DNA of 64,000 nucleotides from Vezdaea acicularis (taxonomy: Eukaryota): NCBI GenBank assembly GCA_026025075.1, contig JAPEUI010000063.1:1-64000 (forward strand), written 5' to 3'. The position numbers and the translations under genes were made by a program. A model generated the notes under the pieces. That model searched no databases. It was not told where the DNA came from and was given only the letters and a program-made list of their open reading frames with translations. Shown here in pieces: positions 37,591 to 50,972 of this stretch. Each line of letters starts with the position of its first letter. Positions within the stretch are counted from its first letter, which is position 1.

Positions 37591-39293
37591 CTACGCCTTA
37601 CCCGCATCACCAGACGGCACCGCCACAGAAGCAGTCCGGCCCTTATACCCCGTCAAGCCAATCTTGCGCGTATCGAAGCCATGTTCTTCGAGATAGAGCC
37701 TGAACTTGATATCCTCCTCCGTAATTGTATCCTGTCCAATATGCGGCAAGCAGAAGAAAGCAAGCGCAGCAGAGAGTAAGCAAAGTGAGCTAGAGACGAA
37801 GAACGGGTCTTGGCCTGCTCGTGTTGCGTTCGGTGCGTTGTCCTGGATGATGGGGAACAGATACGAGCCAACGAAGGCGCCGATCTTCCCGCACGCTGCG
37901 GCAATCCCGTAGTATTGTCCTCGGATAGAAGTAGAGGAGGTTTTAGACGCAACAAGGCCGATGTTGTTCCCCGGCCCAACCTCGCCCAGCGCGAGGAAAA
38001 CACCATATACCACGACGAAACCAGCGACATGTGCGGGGGTTGCTAGGGTTCCGTATAGGCCGGCCATGAGGAAGCCGATGACGGCCTGGGCGAGGACACC
38101 CCACCCAAGAGCAAGGCGCGGGCCGATCCAATCGCTAATCCAGGCGCCGGAGATACAGCCGGGCAGATAGAAGACATTAACAAGAGTATTCCAGCCGAAA
38201 GTCTTCCACAGAGGTGCGCTTTTACCCAGAATGATCAGGATAAAGGATGAGGAATAAATACTGAAGGAGTAGGCTGAGAAATCGTAGATGAACCAGATTG
38301 TTGATACGACGAGAAGTCTCGCCCAGTAATATTTGATGACCAGCAGCCACGGTACTCTGCGGACGCCTAGTTCTTTCATTGTCTCACGCTTGAATTCCTC
38401 GGGCTCTTGGAGCTTCAGTCGGAGCCAGAGCAAGCTCAGAGGTGGGATGACACCAAGGCCAAGAGAAAGTCTCCATGCGAGTCTCAAATGATTCTCCGTA
38501 GTAATCAGGACGATTATCTAGCACGCAGGCATTAGCTACCAATTGAATAAGGTCTTGCGAACGAGTCTTGATGTCCTACCATAGGGACGATGGCCGAGAC
38601 CACGAAGCCGAAGTCAATCTGCACATTCGTGAAAAGAATGAACCACCTATTTCTTGTTCCGCTCTTGAGCTCGCCCGTGCTCTCGGCACAAGCCACGCTC
38701 CCGGCTGGGTACTCTCCCCCTATACCGATACCTAGGAAGAAGCGATACGCAGTCAAAGCCGCGAGCAGGCCCCCTACACTCCCATGGGCGCCATATGAAC
38801 CTGCGCCAAGAGCAGCGAATATAATTAAGATGACGGTAGAGGCCATGAGCGCCCATTTTCGGGAGTAGAAGTCGCTGATATATCCAAAGAAAAGCTGACC
38901 AACGACAGTGCCGGCGAAAGCGATTGACGCTACGTTGCTGGCAGATGGATTCCCTGTATACGCTTTCCCATATATGATCTTCAGCATCGTATTGACCGAG
39001 CCGATAACCTGTCGTTTTCAATCATCGTGAGTACGGCTTCGATCTCCACGTTCTACCTTTAAGGAAGTTCGACTTACGCCATTGAGGTAGCCATCAGAGA
39101 ACAAACCAGCGCCGCAAGCAATGACGGGCCAAAGTCGGTTCCAAAAAGACTTCCCAGTGTTGTCGAGCTCGTCAATTACAGGTGAAGGCTCGGAAGGACT
39201 GTTCCTCTGGGAAATATCGTTGTATTCTTTCTCATCCCCAGGCTGCTTTCCAACTTCTGGCCCACTTTCTGACACCACCTGTTTCTCAGCCAT
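37591..39293 (-). CDS. GIT1: MFS glycerophosphodiester/glycerophosphoinositol transporter (Git1-like)
   Basis: ACGAGLFSDGYLN, GTVVGQLFFG..SD..SRK, GIGIGGEYPAGSV, GPGNNIGLVASKT, RGQYYGIAAACGKIGAFVG. Confidence 0.88.
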
Positions 39294-39598
39294 CGGCAGC
39301 TGACAGATAAAAGACTAGTGGTTTCAATCTTTCGAGTTGACAACTACATCCAGAGCAGGTAGAATGTGGACCGTCGCAATTGAAGTGGTGAGAGGTAAGG
39401 AGTAGCCTTTAATGAATACGAGACATAAAGATTACCATTGGTACCGCGGGGCTGATTGCCATCACTGGTGCCTTTTCAAGTGGTCGCTCGGGGCCTCTAG
39501 CCCCTCCAGGAAGGTCAAACCTAGGGATAGCTCGACGCGATGACGATCCCTAGTGGGGTGGAAGGGGAAACGGCCACTTGCAGCGCACGCTCGGTCCA

Positions 39599-39604
39599 CA
39601 CGTT
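39599..39604. promoter_or_regulatory. Possible Pho4/Nuc-1-type CACGTT element upstream of the GIT1-like gene
   Basis: CACGTT about 300 bp upstream of the ATG; Git1 is phosphate-regulated in yeasts; a single hexamer is weak evidence. Confidence 0.25.
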
Positions 39605-40818
39605 CCCGAGTGATATCTTAGACGGAGCTTGTCGTGTGGGCTGGGATGCAAGAAAGGGTCTGTGATCCGTCAGGCGCATCTGTTTAACGTTAGAGTTGAT
39701 GCGGGCCGCAACGAATGTTTTTCCTGTCTCCGGTCATGAGGGAGACGCCATCATCGCTATCAACGCTATCCACGCCCCAGGCGCGGACGGGAGGCGCAAA
39801 CGAGGCGTTCGGATTGAACGACTCGATCTAATTACCCGCGCTAATCACCTTTGGGGGAAGGCGCTGTAGCCATATGCAAGCATGCGACACCTTAACTCTG
39901 GTCCGACCAACGGCGAACTCGACGACCACTCACCATCTCCGACGCCTGACCTGCTGAGTTCCCATCAACGTCATACAGACAGAATGCGAGCGCTCTACGG
40001 CAATAGAAATTGTTCAGAGGGCTTGACTTGATCCAATGAGATGGTTGTTTCTTGGCATGACCCTCAAATGCTGGCTCTCATTGCCGCGGCGCAGTATCAA
40101 TCCCTTGAAATGTTCACCAACTGGGTTGCTACTGATATGGCGCTGAAAGGCTAGCGATTGCGTTGCGTTGCTTCGATGGCCTGAGCCCTCCTCAATCGAT
40201 GATTGAATGATAAGATCGAAAAAAACATGCAGTAGTGAAGGGGGGAAGTTGCCGAATGCTCTCTGGCATGAACAATGCTCGCCCAGATCCATAGGTGGAT
40301 GAATGACGAGTTGATCGGTTGGAGATCCATTGATGTGCGTTGAAAATCCTTGACACGGCAATGCATGCAATCCGCCCGGCCCTTAAGTCCACAGTAGATA
40401 ATAAAGCTTATCTCAGCCTCTAAGTCCCTCCAACTGGGTTGACCAAAAACTAGCAGAGCACAGAGGAGCATTCGATATATCGAGGTAATCTGGGGCGCAT
40501 GCTGTGTCTCGCTGAGATGATCATGAGAAGCGTGGCACGGACACCTTCCGAGGCAGAATAGATCGGATGCTTTGCCCCACATGATATTGGGAGTTTTTTT
40601 GAATAACGCCCAGTGGAGATAATCGGCCAGGAATACAGCCAAGAACTGCGAGTGCGCGAATGGTCATCCTAGTCAAACGAAGTTTCCAAAATCTCTTGGC
40701 ATGTTTGACCGAAATGACATAATTCATCGTGGCATGTGTTCGGCAGCAGGGCTGAATATTCAGGATGCCATGATTGATAGTAGCCGTCTCTAGCATTATT
40801 GCACTCTCTGTCCACAGA

Positions 40819-43630
40819 ATGGCCTCGTAAGTTTTATTCTAGACGCTAGGTATACTATGTACTTACGAAGATGCTAGCAACATACTTTTTCTGCCTTTCC
40901 GCAAATCCCACCAGGTCTCCCTCTCGGGGGCAATGACCCAGTATATTTCAAGCAAATATGATCAACACCCTGATATGTTCGCGAAAGATCTCGAAACTAT
41001 AGACTCGTTGCGAAGAGAAGCGACGTATGTACGGGAGCCACACAGTAGTGGTATTCGAAAGCTCCAAGAATACGCTGCACAGCTAGTATGGATTGGCGGA
41101 AAATTTCCAATCGATGTACGTGGTGATTGAGTTAGCCGGAGTGCCCTCGTCGTCCAGGGTTATCTGCTGCCATAGCTCTGAATAGCTCTGACTGTGTCGG
41201 GCAGATTGGAGCAGACTTCACGTGGTATCCTGCATTGGGCTACCACACTGACCAGCCCGGTATCCTCTTGACCCTTCCATTGTTCTCTGACCCAAAAGTC
41301 TAATTCATCAGTCTCGCAAAACAACCTTCGTTTCGAACTCTCAAATATCCTATACAATCTTGCAGCACTCTACTCACAACTTGCGGTTACATTGAACCGC
41401 AGCACAAGTGATGGGCTCAAGTCAGCATGCAATTACTTTTGTTTATCGGCCGGAGTCATCTCCTATCTTAGATCGACGGTGATACCGGATATGCGCTCTA
41501 CACCAGCGGAAGACATGGATACAGTCACATTAGAAAGTTTGGAGTATCTGATGCTTGCCCAGGCACAGGAGTGTATATGGCAAAAGGCCTTAATGGATAA
41601 AATGAGGGACTCAGCTATTGCGAAGCTTTCCGCTAAAATTTGTGACCACTATGCTCAGGCTGCTGACTGCGGCATAAAATCCGATTCGATCAGTACTGAG
41701 TGGCTGCACCATATAAATGCGAAGCACCACCACTTTGCTGCTGCAGCTCAGTACCGTGCAGCCCTGGACTGTCTCGAGAGGCGGCAATACGGAGAAGAGA
41801 TTGCACGACTAAAGGACAGCCTGAATTGCGTAAACGAGGCGCTATTGGAGGGGAAATGGATAAGCAAGCTAGTATTAGCTGATTCTCAGGGGCTGAAGGC
41901 TAAGGTTCAAGACGATATCAAACGAGCAGAAAAAGACAATGACATGATTTATCACGCTCCAATCCCAGATAAATCCCAATTGAAAAAGATTGACCGTGCC
42001 AGCATTGCGTCTCCAAGGGTTCCCAAGGAGATATCAGACGCGATCTCAATGATTGGGGAAAGGGGGGAGCTGGGCAAGCCCCTGTTCTCGAAATTGGTTC
42101 CGTTCGCAGTGCATGCTGCTGAATCGATATATACAGAAAGGCGTGATCGGGTAGTCAACGATCAGATCATCAGTGAACTAGAAACTTTGAATGCTAAGAT
42201 ACACGACGTTTTGTCATCTCTTAATCTGCCCGGTTCTTTACAGGCGTTGGAACGGCCACTGGGGCTTCCGCCAGGCTTGGTGTCGCATGCTGAAGAGATT
42301 AGGCAACAAGATGGCGTCAATCGTTTTTATCGATCTATAGAAGATACAGCAAGACTGAGAGCGAGCGATGAAGCAACATATCATGAGGCTGTCCAGATCC
42401 TTGATGTAGAGAGGGTTGAGGATGACCGTTTCCGTGAAAAGTATGGCACAGAACGCTGGACACGTCCGCCCTCCAATGAAGCCGCTGGAAAGGTGTTTGA
42501 GCAACTAAGTGAGTTTTCGGGGTATCTGAAAAGTGCAGAAGACGGCGATCAGCTGGTTAAGAAAAAGTTGAGAGATTCTGAAAAACTGCTGGTGTTGCTC
42601 TCTGGCTCAGATCGGGATCTTGAAAAGTATGTGCCAAGTTCTCAGAAAGCTACCATGACTCCAAAGGTGGAAAGACATGTGGAGGCGCTAAGGGACGCCT
42701 TGAGTAAGGTTTCAAGGGTAGAAAGTCGAAGAAGGAGAAAGGTTGAAGCTATAAGAGATAAGGCGAAAAGAGATGATATCAGTAGGTTCACATGCTAAAA
42801 TTACCTTGTTGCTAACTTTTTGGGCTAATATCTCTCCTAGGTCATGCGATTCTCGCGGAAGCTGCCCGACTCGAACGCGAAAACCCTATGCAAAAGATTG
42901 AAGCTGTCCACTTTGAACCCTTCTTCACCCAGCGCCTGAAACGCTATGATATGGACATTGTCGCCATTGGAGACGAAGAGGGAGAACAGGATGATTTACT
43001 CAGACACATTGAAGCTGTCAATGCTGACTTCGTCGTCGCCCAGAAAGGGGAGACTTCAAGCACCACACGCGAAAGACAGAGAGTGTTGCAGCAGCTTGAT
43101 GATGCGTATGTGAAGTACAACGAGATTGCGAGTAACCTTGATACTGGAAGGAAGTTCTACAACGATTTAGCGAGAATGTTAAGTAAATGGAGAGATCAAT
43201 GCAAAGCTTTTGCGCAGGCGAGGAGAGTAGAGGCAGGGCGGTTGGAGAAGTGAGTAATCTTTCCCACTACCGAGCCTCAACGGCTATCCTACTAACATAG
43301 CCTAGCGACATATCTACCCCTCTCTCAGCCCTCTCTCACCTCTCGCTCAACTCTCCACCAATCCAACCCCAATACCCTCCCCAGCACGCACAATACCCCT
43401 ATTCCAACACTGCTCCGCGCGAACCACCACTCCCAGCCCCACTGCCCCAAAGACAGCAAAGCAACCCTCAAATAGCATCTCCGGAGACCGGCATCTGGAA
43501 TCCCGAACTTGGCATCAAGTTTGGCGGGCCCCCCGAAGGCAGCGGCATGATGCAGCAGCAGCAGGCTGGAAGTGGGCAGAGAATCCAACCTGGCGTTTGG
43601 AACCCGAATTCTGGGTTGAAGTTTGGATAG
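40819..43630 (+). CDS. palA: pH-response regulator PalA/Rim20 (BRO1 + ALIX V domain), multi-exon
   Basis: MAS|NILFLPFRKS..., GKFPID, NLRFELSNILYNLAAL, LMLAQAQEC.WQKA, AEKDNDMIY, NLDTGRKFYNDL, C-terminal GIWNPELGIKFG / GVWNPNSGLKFG*. Confidence 0.93.
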
Positions 43631-43711
43631 GGCTGTAGAGCGTTAGGTTATTAGCGTGATAGTGTATACGTACCCTGAGATGTCACTCATACCCTTATAC
43701 TTTGGTCGTTG

Positions 43712-44623
43712 TCACCCATTGCCGCTGTCCTCCTGCTTTACATCGTTCGTATACAATCCCTCGGATTCCACCCACTCTGCAACCCTATCCGTACACCAGC
43801 TCTTCCACCTTCCATCTCCATCGCTAATCCGTTCCCTTACCCCACTACTGCTCACCGGCTCCTCGCTCTCCCCCCTCCCCTCCACCACCTCCATCCTTTC
43901 CAACCATTCTCGCCTCCCCCCCAACTTCTCCAAGTCTCCCTCCTCTAACCCCTTTAAGTACCTTTCCTGCTCCTGCCGTCCTCCCCACCCTCCCCCAGTC
44001 CTCAAGATGATCCTAACACCATGTCTCCCCAGAAAACCATCAAGCACCCCCAAGCTGTGTTCGGGCGGGTAATACTTCGGGTCCAGCAGCCGCAGTAAAG
44101 TGTCATACCCGATCAACCACGTCTGCCGCATGTCCCGCGCATAGATGCCAGAGTCTTCTATGGCGGCGCTTTTGTCGTGGAAGTATGGCTCACTGGTCAG
44201 TCCGATGTCGATTGGGACGTCTGAGAGGCCGGGGGAGGCGCGGATGGAATACGCAAGGAGGGACATTAGGACCATTCTGTGGGCGTAGGGCGCTGGTTGG
44301 GGGGCTTTATCTGCGTTACGAGTCGCGAGGAGGAGGAGAAAACGCGGCGGGGGCGCTGGGGTTGGAGAGCGATTAGGAAGTTTGGGCGTCGAAAGGGGGT
44401 TTTTGGAGAGTGAGGAGAGTAGGGCGGAGGTGCAGATGTTTAGGTGAGCGGTGGTGGGGGGGTTGAAGGAGGAGTCGAGGATGTAGAGAGGGTTGGTGGA
44501 GCTGGTGGCGGAAGGTGGACTGGGGATGCTATGGACTACGGAGAAGAAAGTGCTAGAGGTAGTGAGGTTCTTGAGGGCGGTGTTGAAGAGGGGAAGCAGG
44601 GCGCGGGGATTAGAGGCAGCCAT
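43712..44623 (-). CDS. POF1: Pof1-like nucleotidyltransferase (NMN adenylyltransferase/cytidylyltransferase fold)
   Basis: LYILDSSFNPPTTAH, LLLLATRNADK, PYFHDKS, LIGYDTLLRLLDPKYY, VSSSGVRE. Confidence 0.88.
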   Translation of the reverse strand: MAASNPRALLPLFNTALKNLTTSSTFFSVVHSIPSPPSATSSTNPLYILDSSFNPPTTAHLNICTSALLSSLSKNPLSTPKLPNRSPTPAPPPRFLLLLATRNADKAPQPAPYAHRMVLMSLLAYSIRASPGLSDVPIDIGLTSEPYFHDKSAAIEDSGIYARDMRQTWLIGYDTLLRLLDPKYYPPEHSLGVLDGFLGRHGVRIILRTGGGWGGRQEQERYLKGLEEGDLEKLGGRREWLERMEVVEGRGESEEPVSSSGVRERISDGDGRWKSWCTDRVAEWVESEGLYTNDVKQEDSGNG

Positions 44624-45070
44624 TATGCGCCGCGAAGGTGAGAGAGGGGGAACCGGGGTCGCAGGGGCTTAGTATGAGGTGCAGATCCAGAGATAAGGGC
44701 TATGAGCCTCCCAGTTCCCGAGTTGGAGGAGGTATGTTGAGAGTATGGGAGTTGTATAGATTCAGGACGTCGCCCAAGTTTTGCAACTCCGCAAACACTG
44801 CCGACGAGCACCTCAATTCAACTGCATCATATGTAGTCACTTTGACAGCCTAGTTGTTCAAGAGAAAAGGAGAAGAGCGAACTAGCTCTGGGAGGAAAAG
44901 ATTTGTATTAACAGACGCGGGCCTGCATCTTTGTGCTGGTGTTCACCACGTGCATTCCTTTAGAACGTAACTTTACGCGTGACGAAGGACAACTCTTTCC
45001 CCTCCACCACCCCACTAGATTTACATGAGGTGCGAGTCTATGCTCATAACGACACCACGACAAGTTCAAT

Positions 45071-45449
45071 ATGCCTCCCCCATCTACGACGACCACAATC
45101 GCAGACAAGAAGCGCGCCGCGCGCGAAGTGATCGACATTCTGCACGAGATCTCGACGCTGCTCGTATGCCCCCCACCCTTTCATGCCCCTTCTATCACAG
45201 TCGCCCCAAGTACTGACATGCAATCTGTGGCACGCAGAACACACACCTAGACCGAACCACCCTATCCCTATGCGTCTCCATGATCGAGAACGGTGTCAAT
45301 CCCGAAGCGCTAGCGGTGAGTGGAATGTTCTATATTCTACAATGCGGATGGAAGCTAATGGAGACGGGTTACAGGCAGTCATCCAGGAGCTGAGGAAAGA
45401 GGGTGAGGCCCTAGGAGGGTCTACTGTGGAGGAAGAAAATGCGCGGTGA
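45071..45449 (+). CDS. MZT1: Mitotic-spindle organizing protein 1 (MOZART1), 3 exons
   Basis: [51 protein letters not shown]. Confidence 0.93.
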
Positions 45450-45690
45450 ATGGGATGACGCGTCGATGATGGGAGTTTGAAGTTGAGGCATGCGAGTATT
45501 ACGACAGGCTTTGAAATGATCCAGGGATGAACGTCAATGAGGATATCACGAACGATGACACGACTCGTATAATATGAAGGTGTTCTAAGCGGCTTGGACT
45601 TGTCAATTCAACACAGTCCACCGCGTGCGGTATGAACATGCTACAAAGATATCAGGGTCTAAATCGCGAATAATTTTACACCTCATGAAC

Positions 45691-46828
45691 TCAAGCCTTC
45701 TTATCTCCATTCTCGACTCCAGCTTTGACCTCCGGTTCTGTGGACGTCGCAACTGGTTTAACCCCAATATCATCATTCATCGCCTCGGCCGCTGCCTTCT
45801 TCAACCGCTCCGCATCCTCGGGTTTCACCTTGTTATCCCGCTCATCGTCGCTATCGCCTAAGCTGAACGGATCATGCTCGGGGTTTGGCTCCACGGCAGA
45901 TAAAGGTTGCCATTTGCTCCTTGTAGTTGTCGTGGCTGACTCGTTCTTCGGGTACTGCGACTCGCCGATCTCTTCTGGTGGGCCTTCTTGGAAGGAGACG
46001 CGGCGGCCGTTAGGTGGAGCAGGAGTGGGCTTGAAGAGGTCTGGGTTTGCGGTTGGTCGGCTAGATGTTCTGGGTGGGAGTGCTAGAGTGGTGTTAAATA
46101 GTTATACTAAGGAAGTGTTGATGGAAGGGGAGCCTACTATCGTCTCTTAGTTCGAGGCCCGCGAAGTCGTCACCAAGCACGTGGGGATCAGCATCATATC
46201 TTTCTCGATCCGCACTTCTCCTATCCGCACTCCGCCGCGGCGGGAGTGGAGGTTGCTCCTCCTCTTCTCCGTCGATCTTCTTCTTGAACTCCATAACCCA
46301 TTTATTCACCTTCGACTGCGTCTCCAAAAAGCCCTTACGCAGATTTTCCTTGATTACTGGAAGATCATCATCTAAAAAGCTATGATCCTTGTCGTACATC
46401 TCGTTCGGCTTTAACCCTGTTTGCTGGCGAGGCCGTGGTAGCGGTGGATCTCGAGATGACGTCGCAGCATAGTGCTCATGTAGCTGCCGCGCGTATAGCG
46501 CATCTGCGTCGACCTGAGAGTTAGGCCTAGGTGGTTGCGGCGGCGGTACTTCTTCGTGATGATCTGGGTCGGACATTCCTAATAGCGCATTGAACGCTGG
46601 CTCAACATGACCGCCTGACGCTGTGAGGACTGCTTTCACGACGGCGGCGTCTATGGTGGGGAAGGCCTCCTTCAGGGTCTCGAGCGCGGGGTCCTTCTTC
46701 TCTGTGGGCTTCGTCTCTGCTAGGTTTGAGGCTTCCATCTTGCGAGGGGCCTCTTTTGAAGGCGTTTCGGGCTCGTCGTCAAAGTCGAGCTCGCGGGCAG
46801 TAGTGGGCGATTCTGGCCGTTTGTCCAT
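45691..46828 (-). CDS. CUE5: CUE-domain ubiquitin-binding protein Cue5
   Basis: LKEAFPTIDAAVVKAVLTASGGHVEPAFNALLGMSDP, DALYARQL, FLDDDLPVIKENL; second exon KWQPL...DPFSLGDSDDE. Confidence 0.88.
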
Positions 46829-47472
46829 TGCTGGAGGAGGTGAAGGTGGGATGTAGGCCGTATTTAGAGTGTCGTACGCCGCGAGGGGGGCTTAGCGAGC
46901 TGTGGCTTTACTGACGCAGGGCGAGACGCGACAACCGCCACCGCTATTCATCTTGTGATATATGTTTACGTACACGTACCGTTTTGAAAGGCTATTAAGA
47001 TGATATAAGATCTCTGGGTTCAGAACTAGTTTTTGTGAAAACATTTGCTCGCAGTCTTTGAAGTCAATTGTCAAGTACACACGTTTTCGACTGGTGGAAT
47101 GGATTAGTTGGGCCTTTTCATCGCGTTTTTAGAAAACATTCGATCTAGAAACCTTACATACAGCTACTTCCAATATCAAATGTCAACTTTTCCGAGTCAA
47201 GTACCGCTTATGCCATCGCTATTATCTAGTGCACATTTTGGCGACTCGCATGGTTCCCTCCCGCATATCAAAAGGGCAAAGAAGTAATTGTGGTATGCCT
47301 AGCAGAGGGGAGAGCACCAAGAGCTAGCAGATGCGACCAGACGCTATGGGGACCATGATAACGCCTCTAGAAATGCAGTGAAAGCCAACCAGCAAAAATG
47401 AAGTGGAGTACCCATCACGCGATGCTAACAGCCCAACTCCTTTAAGGCCCATGAAAGTCCCAGATGTTGCCC

Positions 47473-49796
47473 TCAGCGATGACCTGGAAGATCCATGGGC
47501 ATGAATTCATCGCCATCATCGTCATCGTCATCGTCATCCTCCTCCTCCTCCTCTTTATCTGCCATTTCATAATCTTCGTCACTAAACTCTGCGCCGATCA
47601 CCTCTAAATCCTCATCCGCTGCCGCTGGCCTTGGTGTTTTCTGAGACAGAGGACTTTCACCACCCCAAAAATCCACATCGTCCTCCTCATGGTCATCACC
47701 TAGAACCGCTGGCCAATCTGCTTCGGTATGAGAAGGTAAGGTGTCGCGAAACGGGGAAGCTGATCTACCAGATCGACGCGGAGCGATTGCATACAAAGGT
47801 GGGATGGCATTGTCCGTTGCAGACGTGGACGTCAAGCGCCGAAGATGGGGCGAAGATGTTCGAGTTCCGGGCCCTGAACCCCTGCTGATAGAGTTCCTTC
47901 CTCTTGAAACGTCCAGATCAGATGGTGGAGGTGGAGCCACAACCTCATCAGCTTGTTCGTCTGTAGGACTGGTGTCTGTATCGGTCAAAATTTGCCCTTG
48001 GGCTGTGTTATATGAGTCACAAATAGCACATTTCAAGCCTAGCCAATGGTACTTGACAACGCTCTTCGCTCGACAATCGTTGCAGTATACCATTGCCTTT
48101 GTGTCTTGAAATTGAGGTGGCATGGGTTGGTTCTCGATCGACCGATCCAGATTTCGAAATTGGAATTCCATATTAACCACACTCCGACTACATATTGGAC
48201 AACGGTAAGAAGATTTCATGTGAGCGTAGTAGCACTTTTGGTGTATGCTATGGCCGCATATCATGAAAACGACAGTTTCTGGAGAGGTGAACATATATTC
48301 GCCACAGATTGGGCAGTCGCAATCTGTCGACCTCTCGATGTGACGATGAGAATCAGCAATGGATATAGACATACAGACGTTGCAAGTCTAATCAAACATT
48401 AGCCCTATCCACGACATTTGCAAATGATTGCACATACCTTGCAATGATAGAAATCTTTTCCAAGACCTTGTCCCAGTCTACATATTCCACAATCATTGCA
48501 ATGATAGATGCTCTTTTCATTATCATCATCCCATAACTTGCAGATGTCGCAGTAGTACCACGCACCCCTAACGCCACAATCCTTGCACCTCTCTCCTGCG
48601 ACTTGTGCGCACCCACAGAGCATGCAGAGCATGTGCTTGGTGGCTTTCCGGTTGAGAGCATGCGATTCTGCCTCATCATGACAAAATCGACAACTATACC
48701 ACTTCCTGCAAGCGGAACATTGAAGTTTGACGTTTCGTTTGTAATGCATGCATCCCAAGCTGGGGGTGGGCTCCACGTCACCACTGGAGGTTGGAGCTAG
48801 CGCCTCACTCCTAGAAGCTCCAACAACCGTTGGTGGTATGGGTACATACGTTGGCTCGAGATCTTCAGCCGATAGATTGAAAGTAGTCTCATCTGCCAGA
48901 TCGCGGGAGGTCATTGACGTGGGCGTCAGAGGTCCTTGCGTATGGTTAACGAAGTTCGCAGAAGTAGGCGTCGATGGCTGGTCCAAACCCTGCATACTCG
49001 CCGGAGAGTGCGGTCGAAGCATCAACGACGGAACTAATTTGATCTGTGAAGATTCATACTGTCCCATCATCAATTGATGCATCAGCCTCGCCTTGTCCAC
49101 ACTGGAAACCTCCATGTCTCGTATTTCAATTATCTGCTGTCTAAGAGCAGCCATGCCATCGTCTTCTGGGAGTATTGCATTCTGATTGCGGTCCGGAGCT
49201 TGCAGGGGCGCCCCACCTGTATTGCTTCGAGATGGCCCTGCCGATGAGCTCATGATCCCATCAATAATACTGCTAGACGTGCTGAATGAGGGCGTTACAG
49301 ACGGATTTCTGGTTACAAATGGGTCGGGAATGCCATATGAAGGGTTGCCTGATGTCTCGTAATCTGCTTGAGAGCGATCTAGAGACGCATTGCCAAAGTG
49401 CAGTGACGAAGTTCGCTGACGGGAAGCGGAGCTGGCACTTTGAGTAGACGGCGGTACACGGCGCCCGTGTAGGGTTCGTAGTTCAGCATCAAGCGGATCA
49501 TCAGCCTCCACGACAGGCGACTCGACCATTGACTGGCCAGAAATCGTGCCCACACATCCTGTAGGAGCCCCTTGCCCGTCTCGCAGAGGGGCGTACCCCG
49601 CATCGTGGTCTGAGTCCATCTCGCGCGGGCGATCGGGTATGGATTGCCCATCACTGACAGAGGCGAGACTTTCATGTGAAGATGACGGTCGCTGCAGCTG
49701 CGGGGTGCCTGAGTCGCCTGGATTGCTAGAGCGAGAGAGTCGCCGAGCTTGTCGAACAACGGGATCGATCAAGAACGAGTTGATCAAGCTGCTCAT
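47473..49796 (-). CDS. CHY zinc finger / RING-H2 E3 ubiquitin ligase (Pirh2/RCHY1-like)
   Basis: GCMHYKRNVKLQCSAC..CRFCHD, YYCDICKLWDD, HCNDCGICRLG, CPICGEYMF..CGHSIH..C, CPICSRS, CNDC..YHWLGLKC..CDSYNT. Confidence 0.92.
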
Positions 49797-50182
49797 CTGG
49801 GTAGAGCCAATGGATATATTATTGAACGACGGACGGGTGGCATGGGAAAGGGTAGAGGTAGCACGAGAAAACCTGGCAGATTCCCACTATCTGGTTTCGG
49901 TCCTTGTTTTCCATACGGCACGTGATCCCGTCGGCAGGCGAGCCCGCCCACTAGGGATCAGGGATGCCTGTCATTTTCAAGATTGACTTCAGATATGCTC
50001 AAAATATTGTTACTGTCTGGAAGGCCGGAAGAGCTTAATGTAATACATGGACTCTCCGAATCTAACCGCATTCGTAGCTGAGCCTCAAGGTTCTGACTCA
50101 ATCGTGGGCTCTTTTACTAAATCGCTGTATCGATGCAGCGACCCTGCTATTGCAGTTCGATTTGCCTTGTCAATCTAATGCG

Positions 50183-50627
50183 TTAGAGACACATTCCCAT
50201 GGACTCGTTGAGCATTCGAATTGTTCTATGGAACTGCCAGTGGTTGCTATGAGGGAGATTCATAGATTTCTTCTTGGCAACCAGAGACCTATTGCCCTGA
50301 GCTTTAATCAACCATCAAGGTCTGGACTACTTACGAATGTGGGTTACGAGCTAATGACGTCTCCCACCAAAGCACCAATATTAGGTTCTTGACAAGGCGA
50401 TGCTCAATACCCCTTGAGGTTGTGGCGCCCCGCAAGAATTCTATGGTAGTGGCCAGCTTTTGCTCATCGTAGTCCGCTGGGTGACGTTTCCTGAAAGCAT
50501 GTCGGATTCGGTCTCGAAGCACGTATCGCGCCGGTTTTGAGTATTGAACAGCACGAAGCCCTTGTCGATATAGATGACGGTATGCATGAGTGATAAGAGT
50601 GTTCGAGACTACATTCTCAATTACCAT
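50183..50627 (-). CDS. DUF1763 / LYR-like small protein, probably mitochondrial
   Basis: ITHAYRHLYRQGLRAVQYSKPARYVLRDRIRHAFR...EHRLVKNL; last exon ends MLNESMGMCL*. Confidence 0.75.
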
Positions 50628-50972
50628 GATCGACCACTGGGTCCAGGATGGCCTTCAATGACGCACCAAATACATGCTGGACGGGCTTTACGGGTTGACA
50701 CGCGGAGCGTGTGTCTTGTCAAACCGGTTCGGGCCTAGCGCGCCTTCCTTTTCTAGATACCCCCGAAGCGACCGCCCTATTTCCCACCGCACCAAGTCAT
50801 GCTGGTGACTCCACGCAACCTCATCATGTCGCGTTCAGCCTTTCCCCAAGGTCTCTGTTGGCAAGTAGACTTGCGCGCTATGTTTCCAATATAAGGTTCT
50901 TGCCTCAACGAGAGCAGTACAAGCCCAAAGTGTAATATCGATTTCCTCACGTGCGAAGACTGAGGTATCAAG

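Noticed and set aside
40014..40796. Three minus-strand ORFs between GIT1 and palA
   Set aside because: No coherent splicing or protein motifs; likely promoter/UTR
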